Origin: Desulfatiglandales bacterium
GTDB lineage: Bacteria > Desulfobacterota > DSM-4660 > Desulfatiglandales > Desulfatiglandaceae
Direction of reading: 5' to 3'
Assembly: GCA_963662465.1 (NCBI GenBank)
Contig: OY759599.1
Location: 4,736,001-4,800,000 of the forward strand
Length of the DNA: 64,000 nucleotides
Part shown: positions 29,047 through 39,921 of the stretch, piece by piece
Numbering within the stretch: the stretch's first letter is position 1
Layout: each line of letters begins with the position of its first letter
Notes under the pieces: generated by a model
What the model was told of the DNA's origin: nothing
Databases searched by the model: none
The model's input: the letters and a program-made list of their open reading frames with translations, nothing else
Program-made: the position numbers and the translations under genes

Positions 29047-31229
29047 ACAGGTCGGCCCCCACCCGGCACGTCATCTTTTCCGGAAGGGTGTTGCATTATT
29101 TTCATGTAAAGGGTTTCCATATCCTGGAGCAGCCGCTTCTCCGAAAAGGTTTTGTTTACAAAATCCCTGGCGTTTCCGACCATTGCGTCCTTTTGGCATT
29201 TATCCATCTCCACCAGGTATTTCAAACCCCTTGCAAAACCTTCCGCATCGTTCTTGCGACAAAGGATGCCCCTTTCACAGACAGCAAATCCTGCTGGGTC
29301 GGAGGCTTCGTTTCCAGGCCCCAGAAGATCCTGAACGCCCCCCGCATCCGTGGAAATCACCGGCGTACCGGCAGCCATGGCCTCAATAATGGATACGGGC
29401 GTTCCCTCATTTTCAGAGGTCAGCGCCAGGACATCCAGATCAGCGTAGACATCCGGCAAATCCCGCCGCCAGCCGCAAAAATAAACGTGTTGCGTCAACC
29501 CTTTCCTTTCGGCATGGGATTTCAATGCATCCCGAAGTTCTCCATCCCCTACCAGAACAAACTTCACGTCAATATCGGGGTATTCGTCAAGGAACATCCT
29601 GGCCATGTTCAGAAAAAGGACATGGTGTTTAATGGGAACCAGGCGACCGACAATCCCTACCAGAAGGACATTACGGCAAAACCCCAATGACTTTTTAAAC
29701 CGCCCTTTTTCCGAGGAATTCTTCAGAAAAGGGCTCAAATCAAAACCGAGGGGAATAACCTCGATTTTAGCTGCCGGCGCAATGCGAAATTTTTGACTGA
29801 GGTCTTCTTTCTGGCTTCGGCTGATGGCCACAATCACATCGGTTGACCCGGCCAAAAAACGCTCGATCCAGATAAACATCAACGATTTGGTTGGAGAGAA
29901 ATAACCTGCAAACACATGGCCGTGAAATGTATGCACCGTATGGGTGCAGGCATGGGTAAATCGATTATACACCATGACGGCCAATCTGGCGATGGTTCCC
30001 GCCTTGGCCGTATGGGTATGCACAATATCAGGGGTTTCGCGGCCCAGGAGTCTTAAAATTTGCAGGAATGCCATGATGTCCATCAGGGGACTAATTTCGC
30101 GCTGCAGTTCTTCAATAATGATCGGTTTTTCCCCCGAAGATTGAAAGAGGTAGCCCATATCTCCTTCCCGGGGAGAAATCTTTCCCGTAACCAGGGTTGA
30201 ATGGAACTTTTTTTTGTCAAGTCCGGTGGTCAATAAATGCACATGGATGGAAGGTCCTCCGATGTTAAGTCGCGCAATGAACCGTAACACTCTGATGCTG
30301 AGATCATTTGCCTTCCGAACTTTCAATACGCTTTTCCGTGGCGCGTGTTTTTTGGGTCGTCGAAAGTACTTGCGACCCAATTGAGAGATAAAAACAAAGA
30401 AAAAACGATAAATGATTCCCCAAAAAACAAACGGCTTCAGGAGTACGTAAGGCGCATTGGCATGCTTCTCGAAGAGACGATAGATGCTTCTGTGAAATTC
30501 AAAAACAGACCGGAATATGTTTGTTTCGCTGCTAACGCCCACATAGTGCATTACGGAAGAACTCGGAAAATAGACCACCTTCCATCCTTTTTGCCACATC
30601 CGTCGGCACCAGTCGGCATCCTCCCAGTACATGAAGAACTTATCATCCAGAGGACCCACATGGTTAACGGCCTCTCTTCGCACCAACATGCATGCGCCTG
30701 AAACCCAGTCCACTTCCATCGGGGTCATGCCGTCGCTTCGGGCCGTCAGGATATTTTCCCGTGTAATCGCATTGTTTGGGAATATTTTAGAAAGAATGGA
30801 TTTTCGCCCGAAAAGTGCCGTGAGGAGATTTGGAAAGGCCCTTGCGGACCCCTGAATGGCGCCGTCCGCGTCAAAAATCATGGGACCCAGGATGCCCACA
30901 TCCGGATGATCTTCCATGTGTCCCATGGCATCTGAAAGAAGACCGGGCTGAACAAGGGTATCGGGATTCAGAATCAAAATATAAGGGGCCGATCCCTGCT
31001 TCAAGGCGTTGTTGACGGCCTTTGCAAATCCCAGGTTTCGGCGGTTTTTGATGAGCCGCACTTCCGGAAAATCCCTTGTTATGCAACTCACCTCCTCGTT
31101 TTTGGAAGCATTGTCCTGAACGTGAATCAAAAAGGGAACACCGGGCGAACAATCATACAGGGACCTGATGCAACATAACAGTTCTTCGGTACTGTTATAA
31201 TTGACAATAATAATATCTAAGGCGTTCAT
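29031..31229 (-). CDS. Bifunctional GT2-GT4 glycosyltransferase
   Basis: N-terminal GT2 (IIIVNYN, NPDT, VSGACM, EDADW); C-terminal GT4 ([27 protein letters not shown]); ATGA overlap with fcl. Confidence 0.9.
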   Translation of the reverse strand: MNALDIIIVNYNSTEELLCCIRSLYDCSPGVPFLIHVQDNASKNEEVSCITRDFPEVRLIKNRRNLGFAKAVNNALKQGSAPYILILNPDTLVQPGLLSDAMGHMEDHPDVGILGPMIFDADGAIQGSARAFPNLLTALFGRKSILSKIFPNNAITRENILTARSDGMTPMEVDWVSGACMLVRREAVNHVGPLDDKFFMYWEDADWCRRMWQKGWKVVYFPSSSVMHYVGVSSETNIFRSVFEFHRSIYRLFEKHANAPYVLLKPFVFWGIIYRFFFVFISQLGRKYFRRPKKHAPRKSVLKVRKANDLSIRVLRFIARLNIGGPSIHVHLLTTGLDKKKFHSTLVTGKISPREGDMGYLFQSSGEKPIIIEELQREISPLMDIMAFLQILRLLGRETPDIVHTHTAKAGTIARLAVMVYNRFTHACTHTVHTFHGHVFAGYFSPTKSLMFIWIERFLAGSTDVIVAISRSQKEDLSQKFRIAPAAKIEVIPLGFDLSPFLKNSSEKGRFKKSLGFCRNVLLVGIVGRLVPIKHHVLFLNMARMFLDEYPDIDVKFVLVGDGELRDALKSHAERKGLTQHVYFCGWRRDLPDVYADLDVLALTSENEGTPVSIIEAMAAGTPVISTDAGGVQDLLGPGNEASDPAGFAVCERGILCRKNDAEGFARGLKYLVEMDKCQKDAMVGNARDFVNKTFSEKRLLQDMETLYMKIMQHPSGKDDVPGGGRPVCLSD

Positions 31230-32164
31230 TGGAGAGACTGTTGGCGAGATACATACCAATCATAGGTGTTTTTGATCCCTTCCTCCAGCGGCATTTTCGC
31301 TTGCCAGCCCAGAGCCGTCAGTTTAGAGATATCCAATCGCTTGAGGGGGGTTCCATCCGGTTTAGTCGGATTAAACCGGAGTTCCCCCTTGAATTGTACG
31401 ACCTTGGCGACCATCTCGGCCAAGTCCCGAACAGCCAAATCCTTGCCGACCCCCACATTAACGATTTGAGTTTCCTCATAATGGTTCATCAAAAAGAGAC
31501 ATGCATCAGCCAAATCGTCCACGTACAAGAACTCGCGTCTGGGGTTTCCCGTTCCCCATATTTCCACGAAGGCATTGCCGGCACTTTTTGCTTCATGAAA
31601 CTTTCGGATCAACGCCGGGAGAACATGCGATGTTTTCAGATCAAAATTGTCGTCCGGACCATAAAGGTTGGTGGGCATCAGGCTGATGAAATGGGCGCCA
31701 TATTGCCGATTATAGGACTGGCACAGCTTGATGCCGGCAATCTTTGCGACAGCATAGGCCTCGTTGGACGGTTCCAGATACCCGGAAAGTAAATGTTCCT
31801 CTCTCATGGGTTGAGGGCAGAGCTTGGGATAAATACAGGAACTGCCCAAAAAGAGTAATTTTTTTGCATCGTAGAGATGGGCGGCATGGATAATATTGGT
31901 TTCCATGACCAGATTTCCATATATAAAATCCGCCGGAAAAGAGGCATTAGCCAAGATTCCCCCGACCTTTGCCGCAGCCAGAAAAATATAATCGGGCCGC
32001 TCCTTTTCAAAAAAAGCTTCCACCGATGCCTGTCGGGTCAGATCCAGTTCCGCATGGGTTCTGAACATAACGTGTTCGTACCCCGCTCCCTTAAGACGCC
32101 GCATGATAGCGGATCCCACAAGACCTCGATGCCCCGCAACATAAATTTTAGATTTTTTATCCAT
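31226..32164 (-). CDS. fcl: GDP-L-fucose synthase
   Basis: [45 protein letters not shown]. Confidence 0.97.
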   Translation of the reverse strand: MDKKSKIYVAGHRGLVGSAIMRRLKGAGYEHVMFRTHAELDLTRQASVEAFFEKERPDYIFLAAAKVGGILANASFPADFIYGNLVMETNIIHAAHLYDAKKLLFLGSSCIYPKLCPQPMREEHLLSGYLEPSNEAYAVAKIAGIKLCQSYNRQYGAHFISLMPTNLYGPDDNFDLKTSHVLPALIRKFHEAKSAGNAFVEIWGTGNPRREFLYVDDLADACLFLMNHYEETQIVNVGVGKDLAVRDLAEMVAKVVQFKGELRFNPTKPDGTPLKRLDISKLTALGWQAKMPLEEGIKNTYDWYVSRQQSLQ

Positions 32165-32217
32165 AATCAAACCTCAAAATCCTCTGATGCCTTAAACGAC
32201 TTCCAGCCCATGGCGCT

Positions 32218-33996
32218 TTATTGGAGAATCAGATACTCAAGAGCAACAGATCCTTTTTCAATGGTCAAGGAGGTCATAGCCGTGTCTGATGTTCGGACGG
32301 AAAATTCAGAATTCCATCCCCCCTGGAGGGTAAGCACTTTAGCGGTATTCAGACTCAGCGCTTGAGCATCGGCATCCTGTGAAATTTTTATGGTCTCTCC
32401 TGACCCGGCGGCATTGATGGCATCTTGAACTCCGGCATAGCAAGGCGTATTCCCGCCGCATGTTCCAGAAGGTTCCACATAGATGACCTTGTTTACCCCC
32501 AATGATGCCACGGCGTTTCCCAAATTCACCCTGGGTTTGGTGATCGCGACTTTCGGGTCCGTAATGCCATCACCCGTACGCATAAGAAGTGATTGTAGCT
32601 GATCCGGCGTCAAAAAAGCACCGGTTATGGCCTTGGCGGCATTCTGCAAACAGGCGGCTGCACCGGCGGCATAGGGACAGGCTGCCGAGGTGCCGCCGAA
32701 ACCATAGGCCGCATTCCAGTATCCGCCACCCGTATCCGTTGTTGTCGCCCAGTTTGACGGCGCCAACAGCGATAGGAACGGCGAGGTATTCGAATAAACC
32801 GCGACGTCATCCGCGTCGGGGGTGCTCGGAGAGTAATATCCGGAAGAACATCCCACTGTCGGATATTTTTCGACACAAGATCCTTCCGCTACACACCAAC
32901 CAATGGCAGTTGCACTGAAGGGGGCATCATAAACCGCACCCACGGAAATCACATGGGAAATACAGGCAGGGCCCCCTATGGCATTGCAATAACCATCATT
33001 TCCGGAAGAGACAAACAGGGTCATGCCGGCAGCCTTGGCGTTGGCGGCCGCTGTAGCCATAGCGGTGAAATTCGCATCACAATACCCACTGTACTTACCG
33101 CCCCCAAAGCTGGTGCTGATGATCATGATGGGATTAGCAGGGTCATCATACTGATGGTCAATACACCACTCCCAGCCTTCAATCATGTTTGAAATATAAG
33201 CGCTGCCCCCACTGCCATTGGAAATTTTGAGGGCATAAAGCCTGGCCCCCCAGGCAACGCCGCCGATATAATCTCCATCAAATCCGAGGTCGCCGGCGGC
33301 AATGCCCGCACAGGCCGTGCCATGCCCGTTCAGGTCCATCGGATCATTGTCGCCATCCCCCGTGTCATAACCCCCAATCACCTTGCTGTTGGGAAAACCA
33401 CCGTTTCCCAAACGAATATGGGTATAATCGATGCCCGTGTCGCAGATGGCCACCGCCAACCCTTCACCATTGTAGTGGGTTCTTACGGTTGATGCGTTCA
33501 TGAGGGGAATTCCCTGGGCCAGGTTGGGATAGAGCAGGCGGTCCTTTTCAACCGAAAGGACATCGACGTCCGCAACCAGCGCCTCCAGGCCTTCGAGGGT
33601 AACCTGGGCGGAAAAACCGGCCATATACTTAAACCGACAGGTTGTTTGAACCTGCGCAGGGCTAAAGGTTTGGAGAACTCGCTCCAACAGCTCATGGACA
33701 CGGTTGGCCACCCGTTCCCGATGATCCGGCTGCTTAAAGCGGCTGAGCGCATCAAGTGTTTCGGTCTCCCGCAGATTCACAATTACCCGCGTTGTCAGGG
33801 CGTCCTCTTCCATGAAATCCTTTAAAACGGTTTGAGGCGCTATGATCCTGGAACTCTTAAGCAGACGGTTGATGATCTTTGTTGACAAATCTTCCGGCGC
33901 CATCCCAACTCCATCCGCCCCTTCCGCCGAAAAACCAAGCGCGAATACAAGGGAAAGACAAAAGATGATCCCCGTTAGAGAAAATATCCGTCTCAT
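32218..33996 (-). CDS. Secreted subtilisin-like S8 serine protease with prodomain and C-terminal accessory domain
   Basis: Signal peptide; triad DTGID / HGTAC / GTSAACP; GGAGG before ATG 33996. Confidence 0.92.
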   Translation of the reverse strand: MRRIFSLTGIIFCLSLVFALGFSAEGADGVGMAPEDLSTKIINRLLKSSRIIAPQTVLKDFMEEDALTTRVIVNLRETETLDALSRFKQPDHRERVANRVHELLERVLQTFSPAQVQTTCRFKYMAGFSAQVTLEGLEALVADVDVLSVEKDRLLYPNLAQGIPLMNASTVRTHYNGEGLAVAICDTGIDYTHIRLGNGGFPNSKVIGGYDTGDGDNDPMDLNGHGTACAGIAAGDLGFDGDYIGGVAWGARLYALKISNGSGGSAYISNMIEGWEWCIDHQYDDPANPIMIISTSFGGGKYSGYCDANFTAMATAAANAKAAGMTLFVSSGNDGYCNAIGGPACISHVISVGAVYDAPFSATAIGWCVAEGSCVEKYPTVGCSSGYYSPSTPDADDVAVYSNTSPFLSLLAPSNWATTTDTGGGYWNAAYGFGGTSAACPYAAGAAACLQNAAKAITGAFLTPDQLQSLLMRTGDGITDPKVAITKPRVNLGNAVASLGVNKVIYVEPSGTCGGNTPCYAGVQDAINAAGSGETIKISQDADAQALSLNTAKVLTLQGGWNSEFSVRTSDTAMTSLTIEKGSVALEYLILQ

Positions 33997-34035
33997 TCTG
34001 AGCACCTCCCCACGATCTTTCAGCAAAGAAATCCG

Positions 34036-34815
34036 TTATTTTTGTTCAAGCGCCGCCACTTTCCTGGATAATTCCGCAATGGTTTTCTGCTGATCCTGAA
34101 CCACTTTTGTCAGCACAGCCACCACATCCATGGCACTCATTCCTTTTCGGTCCGTTGATGCGACAAGATCCGGGACATCTTCTGCGATAAACCCCACATG
34201 CCTTTCTTTGGGATCCGCCTTGTAAGTGAATTGCACGGGTTGAAGCGCCGTCAACGCCCCCGCGGCTTCGTCCTTTGTGAGGGATTTGATATCCTGTTTA
34301 TATTCCCGACTGGACGCATTGGTCCATACCCCGCCGGTTGTAACATGGGCGCCGCTGGCCATCTGCAGGGGATAAACGGCATCAGCGCCCAAACCCACAT
34401 AACCATTGGGAGCGACAAAAATGGACAGACTCGGGGCATCGATACTGACGAAAACAGGTGATGCTTCATAATCGCCGAACCCCTGCCCCCTCCGCTGTAT
34501 TTGCAACCATCGATTATCCAGAACCAAGAAGGCACTTTTGTTTCCCGAACCCATTTCATCCAGCCAGAGTCCGGGCGTTTCGCTCTGAGACGAATAGAAG
34601 GCCTTTGTATAAACATATCCAACATCTTCAACACGGAATGTTGCGCTTCCCGATGCATCCTTAACCACCAGTCGATCCTCGGCAAATGCTGCGTCCGAAG
34701 CGAAGATATACGGAAGGAGCATAAAAACCAAAGCAATCGATACATGGATAAACAGACAAAAAAGAGTCTGATTCCCTTTTTCCAACATCCTCAAAACAGA
34801 TACGAACGTTTTCAT
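34036..34815 (-). CDS. Exported fibre-like protein with a C-terminal Peptidase_S74 intramolecular chaperone domain
   Basis: Signal peptide ending AFA; GGVWTNASSREYKQDI, PVQFTYK, GFIAEDVP, coiled-coil tail VVQDQQKTIAELSRKV. Confidence 0.85.
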   Translation of the reverse strand: MKTFVSVLRMLEKGNQTLFCLFIHVSIALVFMLLPYIFASDAAFAEDRLVVKDASGSATFRVEDVGYVYTKAFYSSQSETPGLWLDEMGSGNKSAFLVLDNRWLQIQRRGQGFGDYEASPVFVSIDAPSLSIFVAPNGYVGLGADAVYPLQMASGAHVTTGGVWTNASSREYKQDIKSLTKDEAAGALTALQPVQFTYKADPKERHVGFIAEDVPDLVASTDRKGMSAMDVVAVLTKVVQDQQKTIAELSRKVAALEQK

Positions 34816-34965
34816 GTTTTTCCCTCCAGTTTATGCCTAAGCAAAAAACGCTTTCACGGTATTAAAAAAACCTCATAGCACAAATACGATGCCATAATCA
34901 ATCAGGATGCCGCTGAATCAGGATTCTCCTTTTTGGAAGGATAACCTTATCTTCGGAAAGGCAAC

Positions 34966-37359
34966 TCATTTACGCGAATTTCTCCACCCGCGCAAAAAGC
35001 TCATGCGCGCCAGGGCGCGGTAGGAACCGATCGGCCACGGCCGGTTTATGTTTTGGTCCAAGGCATTCAGGAGCGGAAGGACCCACGGCAGCAACGCCCC
35101 TCCCAGCATGCTGAACAGCGGGTAATCCTGTTTGGGCATGAAGGGAGAATCCATCATTTCAGGATGAATTTTCAGAAGCATTTCCAGGCTTTCGCCCACC
35201 TGCTCCTGACGTCTGCAAAAAGAAGTTAACGTCATAGGATGGGCATGGGCGGCCCGGGCGCCGGGGCAGTAAACGATCCGCATCCCTTGGCGGGTCATGC
35301 GATATCCGACTTCCGCGTCTTCCCATCCATAGGCGGTAAACAGAGGACTGAAGGGCTCATTGCCCAGTGTTTTCAAAGGCAGCGAAATATGGGAAGTATA
35401 AAAACAGGTGAATGGAACATCATCGCCTTCTTTCAAATGACCATATCCAAATTGAGGGCCATCACTATTGATAAACTCAAGGAATCGGGTCGTTTGAACG
35501 GTCTCCCGATCCCAGTCGGTAAATCCCAGGACCGCCGCATCCCCATGAGCATTCCATTTTTGATGGGCATCCAGATGATGGGCCAGACAGTCCGGCGCCG
35601 GCAAAATGTCGTCGCCAATAAACATAGCCAGTCGGCCGCGCGCCATCTTCAGACCCCTGTTTCGGGCCCTCCCTTGAAGCAGATTGGCCTGTCTTGCCAT
35701 GTCCAATCGAAAGCAGAGATTTGGATTCGCCGCCTTCCACCGGTGCATCGCCTCCCACGTATCGTCAGTGCTGCCGTCATCCACCACAATGACCTGAAAG
35801 CCGCTGATGGTTTGAGCGGCCAAAGCGGACAAGGCCCGAGCAAGGGTCGCCCATCGGTTAAAGGTCGGGATAATCACGGAGATATCCTCGGGTTTCCAGC
35901 CGGGGTCGGATAGATTTGACGATTCTTCAGCATCCTCAAACACAACGCGGTCAACGGCACATCCAAACCATCGATAGTCCGGCCAGTCGTAACGACAGGC
36001 AGGAGACCAGAGGGGAGAATCAAACACTATTTTTAAAACGCCGTCTGCGTCCGCCTGAACCGGCATGGACCATTCTTTCCATTCCCCCACCGCGCCCGTT
36101 TCAACCTGCGTGCGGCTCCGGTTGCAGGCAATCTCAACCCGATAAACGCCATGCCCCTGAAAAGCCTCGGGCAGCAAACATGCACCCGTCAGACGCCCCC
36201 GCCCATGAGGCGCCACTTTTAGAAAACAGACCGCTCGACCGCAAATCAACCTGGACAGCTTACCATGTGCCACCTCCGGTGCATACCACCCCGCACCCAA
36301 ACGCCCCACACTCGACTCTTTCCCCAGCACCAGCTCGGGGGAGCAAACCGTCCAGGACGCCATATCGGCCGGTTGACCGACTTGCGAAACGGGGGGCGGA
36401 GACGGATAATCAGACTTTGCAATCAACCCCCGATCCAGCAACGTTTCGTCGGCAATTTTACGGCGGCGCTGAATATGGCCCCGCTCTTTGAGGGTGACCG
36501 GAAGACGCATGAGGTTCCATGCCAGAACTTCCGCCATTTCAGCAAACGCACGCCGTCTGATCCATAAGGACAGGTGACGATACAGGACCCGCAACACCCG
36601 CCGTTTCCGATAACATTTGATTAAGGCACGGATATTGTGGCGCATCCCCAAACGACTTCGCCATGATTCGTTCTGTTCCCGACGGGTGGTGCCACCGAAC
36701 AGGTGGTAGACCACGGAATGAATGCAAACACGCACTTCTCCCCCGCGAAGCCAGATTCGCCAACCCAGATCCACATCTTCATGATACATGAAAAATGCTG
36801 AATCAAACCCCCCAAGGGCATCAAAATCATCGCGACGCATCAACATGGCCGCCGCCGTGGGAAAAAAGACGGGCAGTGTTTCTCGATTTTTATACCGATC
36901 CAAAAAGGCTTTTTTGGGGCATCTGAAAAACCGGTCATAGCCGTATCCCAAAAAAGACATGCCGCCGCCGCCCGCATTGAGCAGGTGGGGCGTCTCCAGC
37001 AGGCAGAGCAGAGAACATACGGCCATGACGCGAGGTCTTTTCCGCAATACCCGCACCATGGGGGCCAACCAGCTCACCGTAACAACGGTATCGCTGTTCA
37101 GAAATGCGATGTATCGACCCCTCGCTTTTTGTGCGCCCAGTTCGTTGGCCCTTCCGAACCCCACATTGGAAGAAAGGGGATACAAGCGGACCTGGGGATA
37201 ATGTTCGCGTATCCAGGAACAACTCTCGTCCCGACTGCCGTTATCCACAACGATGACCTCAAAGGAATCGTATCGCGTCTTGAACAGCGCCGGCAGACAA
37301 CGCTTCAAATGGTGTATGCCATTGTAATTGACAATAATAATTGAAACCACTGAAAACAC
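34966..37359 (-). CDS. Double GT2 glycosyltransferase with a central non-catalytic domain
   Basis: Two GT2 modules (IIIVNYN..HEDVDLGW; VIIPTFNR..YGWEDAE) separated by about 150 aa. Confidence 0.85.
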   Translation of the reverse strand: MFSVVSIIIVNYNGIHHLKRCLPALFKTRYDSFEVIVVDNGSRDESCSWIREHYPQVRLYPLSSNVGFGRANELGAQKARGRYIAFLNSDTVVTVSWLAPMVRVLRKRPRVMAVCSLLCLLETPHLLNAGGGGMSFLGYGYDRFFRCPKKAFLDRYKNRETLPVFFPTAAAMLMRRDDFDALGGFDSAFFMYHEDVDLGWRIWLRGGEVRVCIHSVVYHLFGGTTRREQNESWRSRLGMRHNIRALIKCYRKRRVLRVLYRHLSLWIRRRAFAEMAEVLAWNLMRLPVTLKERGHIQRRRKIADETLLDRGLIAKSDYPSPPPVSQVGQPADMASWTVCSPELVLGKESSVGRLGAGWYAPEVAHGKLSRLICGRAVCFLKVAPHGRGRLTGACLLPEAFQGHGVYRVEIACNRSRTQVETGAVGEWKEWSMPVQADADGVLKIVFDSPLWSPACRYDWPDYRWFGCAVDRVVFEDAEESSNLSDPGWKPEDISVIIPTFNRWATLARALSALAAQTISGFQVIVVDDGSTDDTWEAMHRWKAANPNLCFRLDMARQANLLQGRARNRGLKMARGRLAMFIGDDILPAPDCLAHHLDAHQKWNAHGDAAVLGFTDWDRETVQTTRFLEFINSDGPQFGYGHLKEGDDVPFTCFYTSHISLPLKTLGNEPFSPLFTAYGWEDAEVGYRMTRQGMRIVYCPGARAAHAHPMTLTSFCRRQEQVGESLEMLLKIHPEMMDSPFMPKQDYPLFSMLGGALLPWVLPLLNALDQNINRPWPIGSYRALARMSFLRGWRNSRK

Positions 37360-37396
37360 CTTTAAGATAGGGTTTATAGACCGAAAACCAGTTGTT

Positions 37397-38395
37397 TCAG
37401 CCTCTCTTTCCCGACCGGTTATTGCGACGAAACCTTAGACTCAATCGGGGGAAAAAACGTTCTTTGTCCAACAATTGCCATATATAAGCTTCATCCACGA
37501 CACAGCTGCCCTGGATGTTGCGGCGTTTTTGAAGCACCGTTTTCAAGCCTCTAAGGGCGTGATGTTTGGCTTTCACGAATTCCAATATGCGACCGCTCCC
37601 CAAAAAATACAGGCACGCCGCAACATTGTATATCATGTGGGGAATAATGGTTTTCGGAATCAAGCCCGCGGGCATGTTTTTCAAATAGACCCACTCCAGA
37701 TTCCGATGGCTGTAATACACCGAAATCGGCGAATCATGGACAATACTGCTGCTGGCTTTATGGTAAACCTTTGCCTCCGGCACATAGAGACACCTGTAGT
37801 TTCTCAACTGCGCCCTGAAACTCAAATCCACGTCTTCATACAACAAAAAGAAATCTTCATCAAAAAGGCCTATCTCCTTAAGCATGCTGAGACAATACAG
37901 CCCCGCGGCCGCACAAGCGCCGAAAACCCATTCTCTTCTGTCATAGTCGCCCGCAGCCGCTCCCCGGCCACGCAGAAGGCCCGACCCCGCGGTGGTATAA
38001 CTGTCGCCCACACGATCAATAACGCCAGGATCCCCATACAGGAGGATTTTGGATGCCGCAAAACCTGCTTCGGGCGTCGACGCCAGTGCGGCCACAAGAT
38101 TCTTAAGCCAAAGGGGATCAGCGACCGCATCATTGTTTAGCAGGGCCACATACTGACTGTTGACGGACCGTATTGCCATATTGTTGGCAACGGAAAATCC
38201 CGTATTCTCGGGAAGGGCCATAATCCTGACTTCCGGAAAATTTTTTTTGACAAAATCAACAGAGCCGTCCGTTGAGCCATTATCCACCAGGACCGTGGAA
38301 AAATGGGGATATGCCTGCTTTTTCAAACTTCCCAGGCACTCCGAAAGCAATGCCTTTCCATTCCAATTGACAACAATTACGGAAATTTGATCCAA
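37397..38395 (-). CDS. GT2 glycosyltransferase (rhamnosyltransferase-like)
   Basis: VIVVNWNG, DNGSTDGS, LLNNDA, YEDVDLSFR. Confidence 0.9.
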   Translation of the reverse strand: MDQISVIVVNWNGKALLSECLGSLKKQAYPHFSTVLVDNGSTDGSVDFVKKNFPEVRIMALPENTGFSVANNMAIRSVNSQYVALLNNDAVADPLWLKNLVAALASTPEAGFAASKILLYGDPGVIDRVGDSYTTAGSGLLRGRGAAAGDYDRREWVFGACAAAGLYCLSMLKEIGLFDEDFFLLYEDVDLSFRAQLRNYRCLYVPEAKVYHKASSSIVHDSPISVYYSHRNLEWVYLKNMPAGLIPKTIIPHMIYNVAACLYFLGSGRILEFVKAKHHALRGLKTVLQKRRNIQGSCVVDEAYIWQLLDKERFFPRLSLRFRRNNRSGKRG

Positions 38396-38854
38396 ATACC
38401 ATTCCTTTCAAACACTATTTTTTCCTTGCGTAAAAGAAGCCGGGTCATGACCCTTTGGAAAACATAGGATCCAAAGCAAAAAAAGTACCCGGTTACCTTA
38501 CGTGTAAATATTTTAGAATTTAATTTTCTTTTTAACAACCCAAACTTTGTGAGGAGAGCAACAAAACGATTTTACCTATCAGTTTGAAAACATCAAAAAC
38601 AACCTTGCGCAATTGAATCTTGACACGCCATGGTCCATTTGAAATACTCGACTCCGATTGCCGCTTAAAAAGATGCAAAATCAGCGTCCAATGCCCGGCC
38701 AATCGATTGACATAACAAATCAGTTAAAATCGGCTTTAAAATAAAGACGTTGAATGAAAATAATATCATTGGTGGAGTTTGCTTTGTCGGAGGCATGGTG
38801 TTTCACATAAAAGTACACAACCGGTTGAACTTTTTTTTGGGGAGGATCAGGAAT

Positions 38855-39775
38855 ATGATGAGATCCGCTAAAAATAAAACCAAGGAACACTGGGGAAACG
38901 AAGCCGGAACATGGCAGATCGGACGTGGTCTCCATTGGACGGAGCATATGGCTGTTCAGGAAAGGATAAATACAAAGACATCAAATGACCCACAAAGGGA
39001 CCCTTACCAATTTTTCATAGATTTTCTGAACAAAAGAGGGATTAAACTACCGTTGTCCCGGTGCCTCACTTTGGGGTGTGGTGCAGGAAATTTGGAGCGT
39101 GGGCTTTCACAGTATAATTTTTGTCTGCAACACGATGCTTACGATATAGCCGACGGAGCGATAAGAAGAGCTAAAGAACAGGCGCAGTCAGATGGGCTGG
39201 CCAATATGCTTTATGAGGTAAGGGATTTGAATACTATTTCCCTTCCCCAAGAGGCATATGATGTTGTTTTCGGCGTTCAATCAGTTCATCACTTTACAGA
39301 ACTCGAACACATTTTCTCTGAGGTAAGAAAAACGCTGAAGCCAGGAGGCTTTTTTTTCCTGAACGAATTTGTCGGATCGACAAAGTTTCAGTGGACTGAT
39401 AAACAATTGAATATTGTTAATAGCTTGCTGCAATTACTCCCTGAGAAATACCGGCTGAACAGGGGCGACGGAATTACCGTAAAAAAAACCTATAAGAAGC
39501 CCTCCATTGAGAAAATGAACAGCATTGATCCATCAGAGGCTATCCGCTCAGAAGATATACTGAAGCTGTTACCCACATATTTTGAGATAGTCGAGAAAAA
39601 AGATTTGGGGGGAACTATCCTTCATTTGCTTTTACAGGATATTGCAGGCAATTTTGACTACAATAAGCCACATGATATGAAGCTCCTTAAGATGCTCTTT
39701 GACATAGAAGATGTTTTTATGGAAATCAGAGAAATACAAAGTGATTTTGTGGTAGTTATAGCTCAGAAGGCCTAA
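38855..39775 (+). CDS. Class I SAM methyltransferase
   Basis: LTLGCGAG, SVHHF, LKPGG, DPSEAIRS; GGAGG before ATG 38855. Confidence 0.85.
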   Translation: MMRSAKNKTKEHWGNEAGTWQIGRGLHWTEHMAVQERINTKTSNDPQRDPYQFFIDFLNKRGIKLPLSRCLTLGCGAGNLERGLSQYNFCLQHDAYDIADGAIRRAKEQAQSDGLANMLYEVRDLNTISLPQEAYDVVFGVQSVHHFTELEHIFSEVRKTLKPGGFFFLNEFVGSTKFQWTDKQLNIVNSLLQLLPEKYRLNRGDGITVKKTYKKPSIEKMNSIDPSEAIRSEDILKLLPTYFEIVEKKDLGGTILHLLLQDIAGNFDYNKPHDMKLLKMLFDIEDVFMEIREIQSDFVVVIAQKA

Positions 39776-39921
39776 AACACAGAAACTGACTCTGCAGGGA
39801 TTGCATTGTCTTCTCCTGCTACAACGAACCCGCGTATAAATGTTGGTTTTTAAACTATCATCTATTAACATATTTTAATGCGTAGTATGAATTTTTATCT
39901 TTATTTTCATTTGGGATAAAA

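Noticed and set aside
34036..34815. Prophage tail gene
   Set aside because: Has a signal peptide; no structural, lysis or integrase genes nearby.
34870..34895. Sigma54-like TGGCA motif upstream of the S74 gene
   Set aside because: GG to GC spacing does not fit the -24/-12 consensus.
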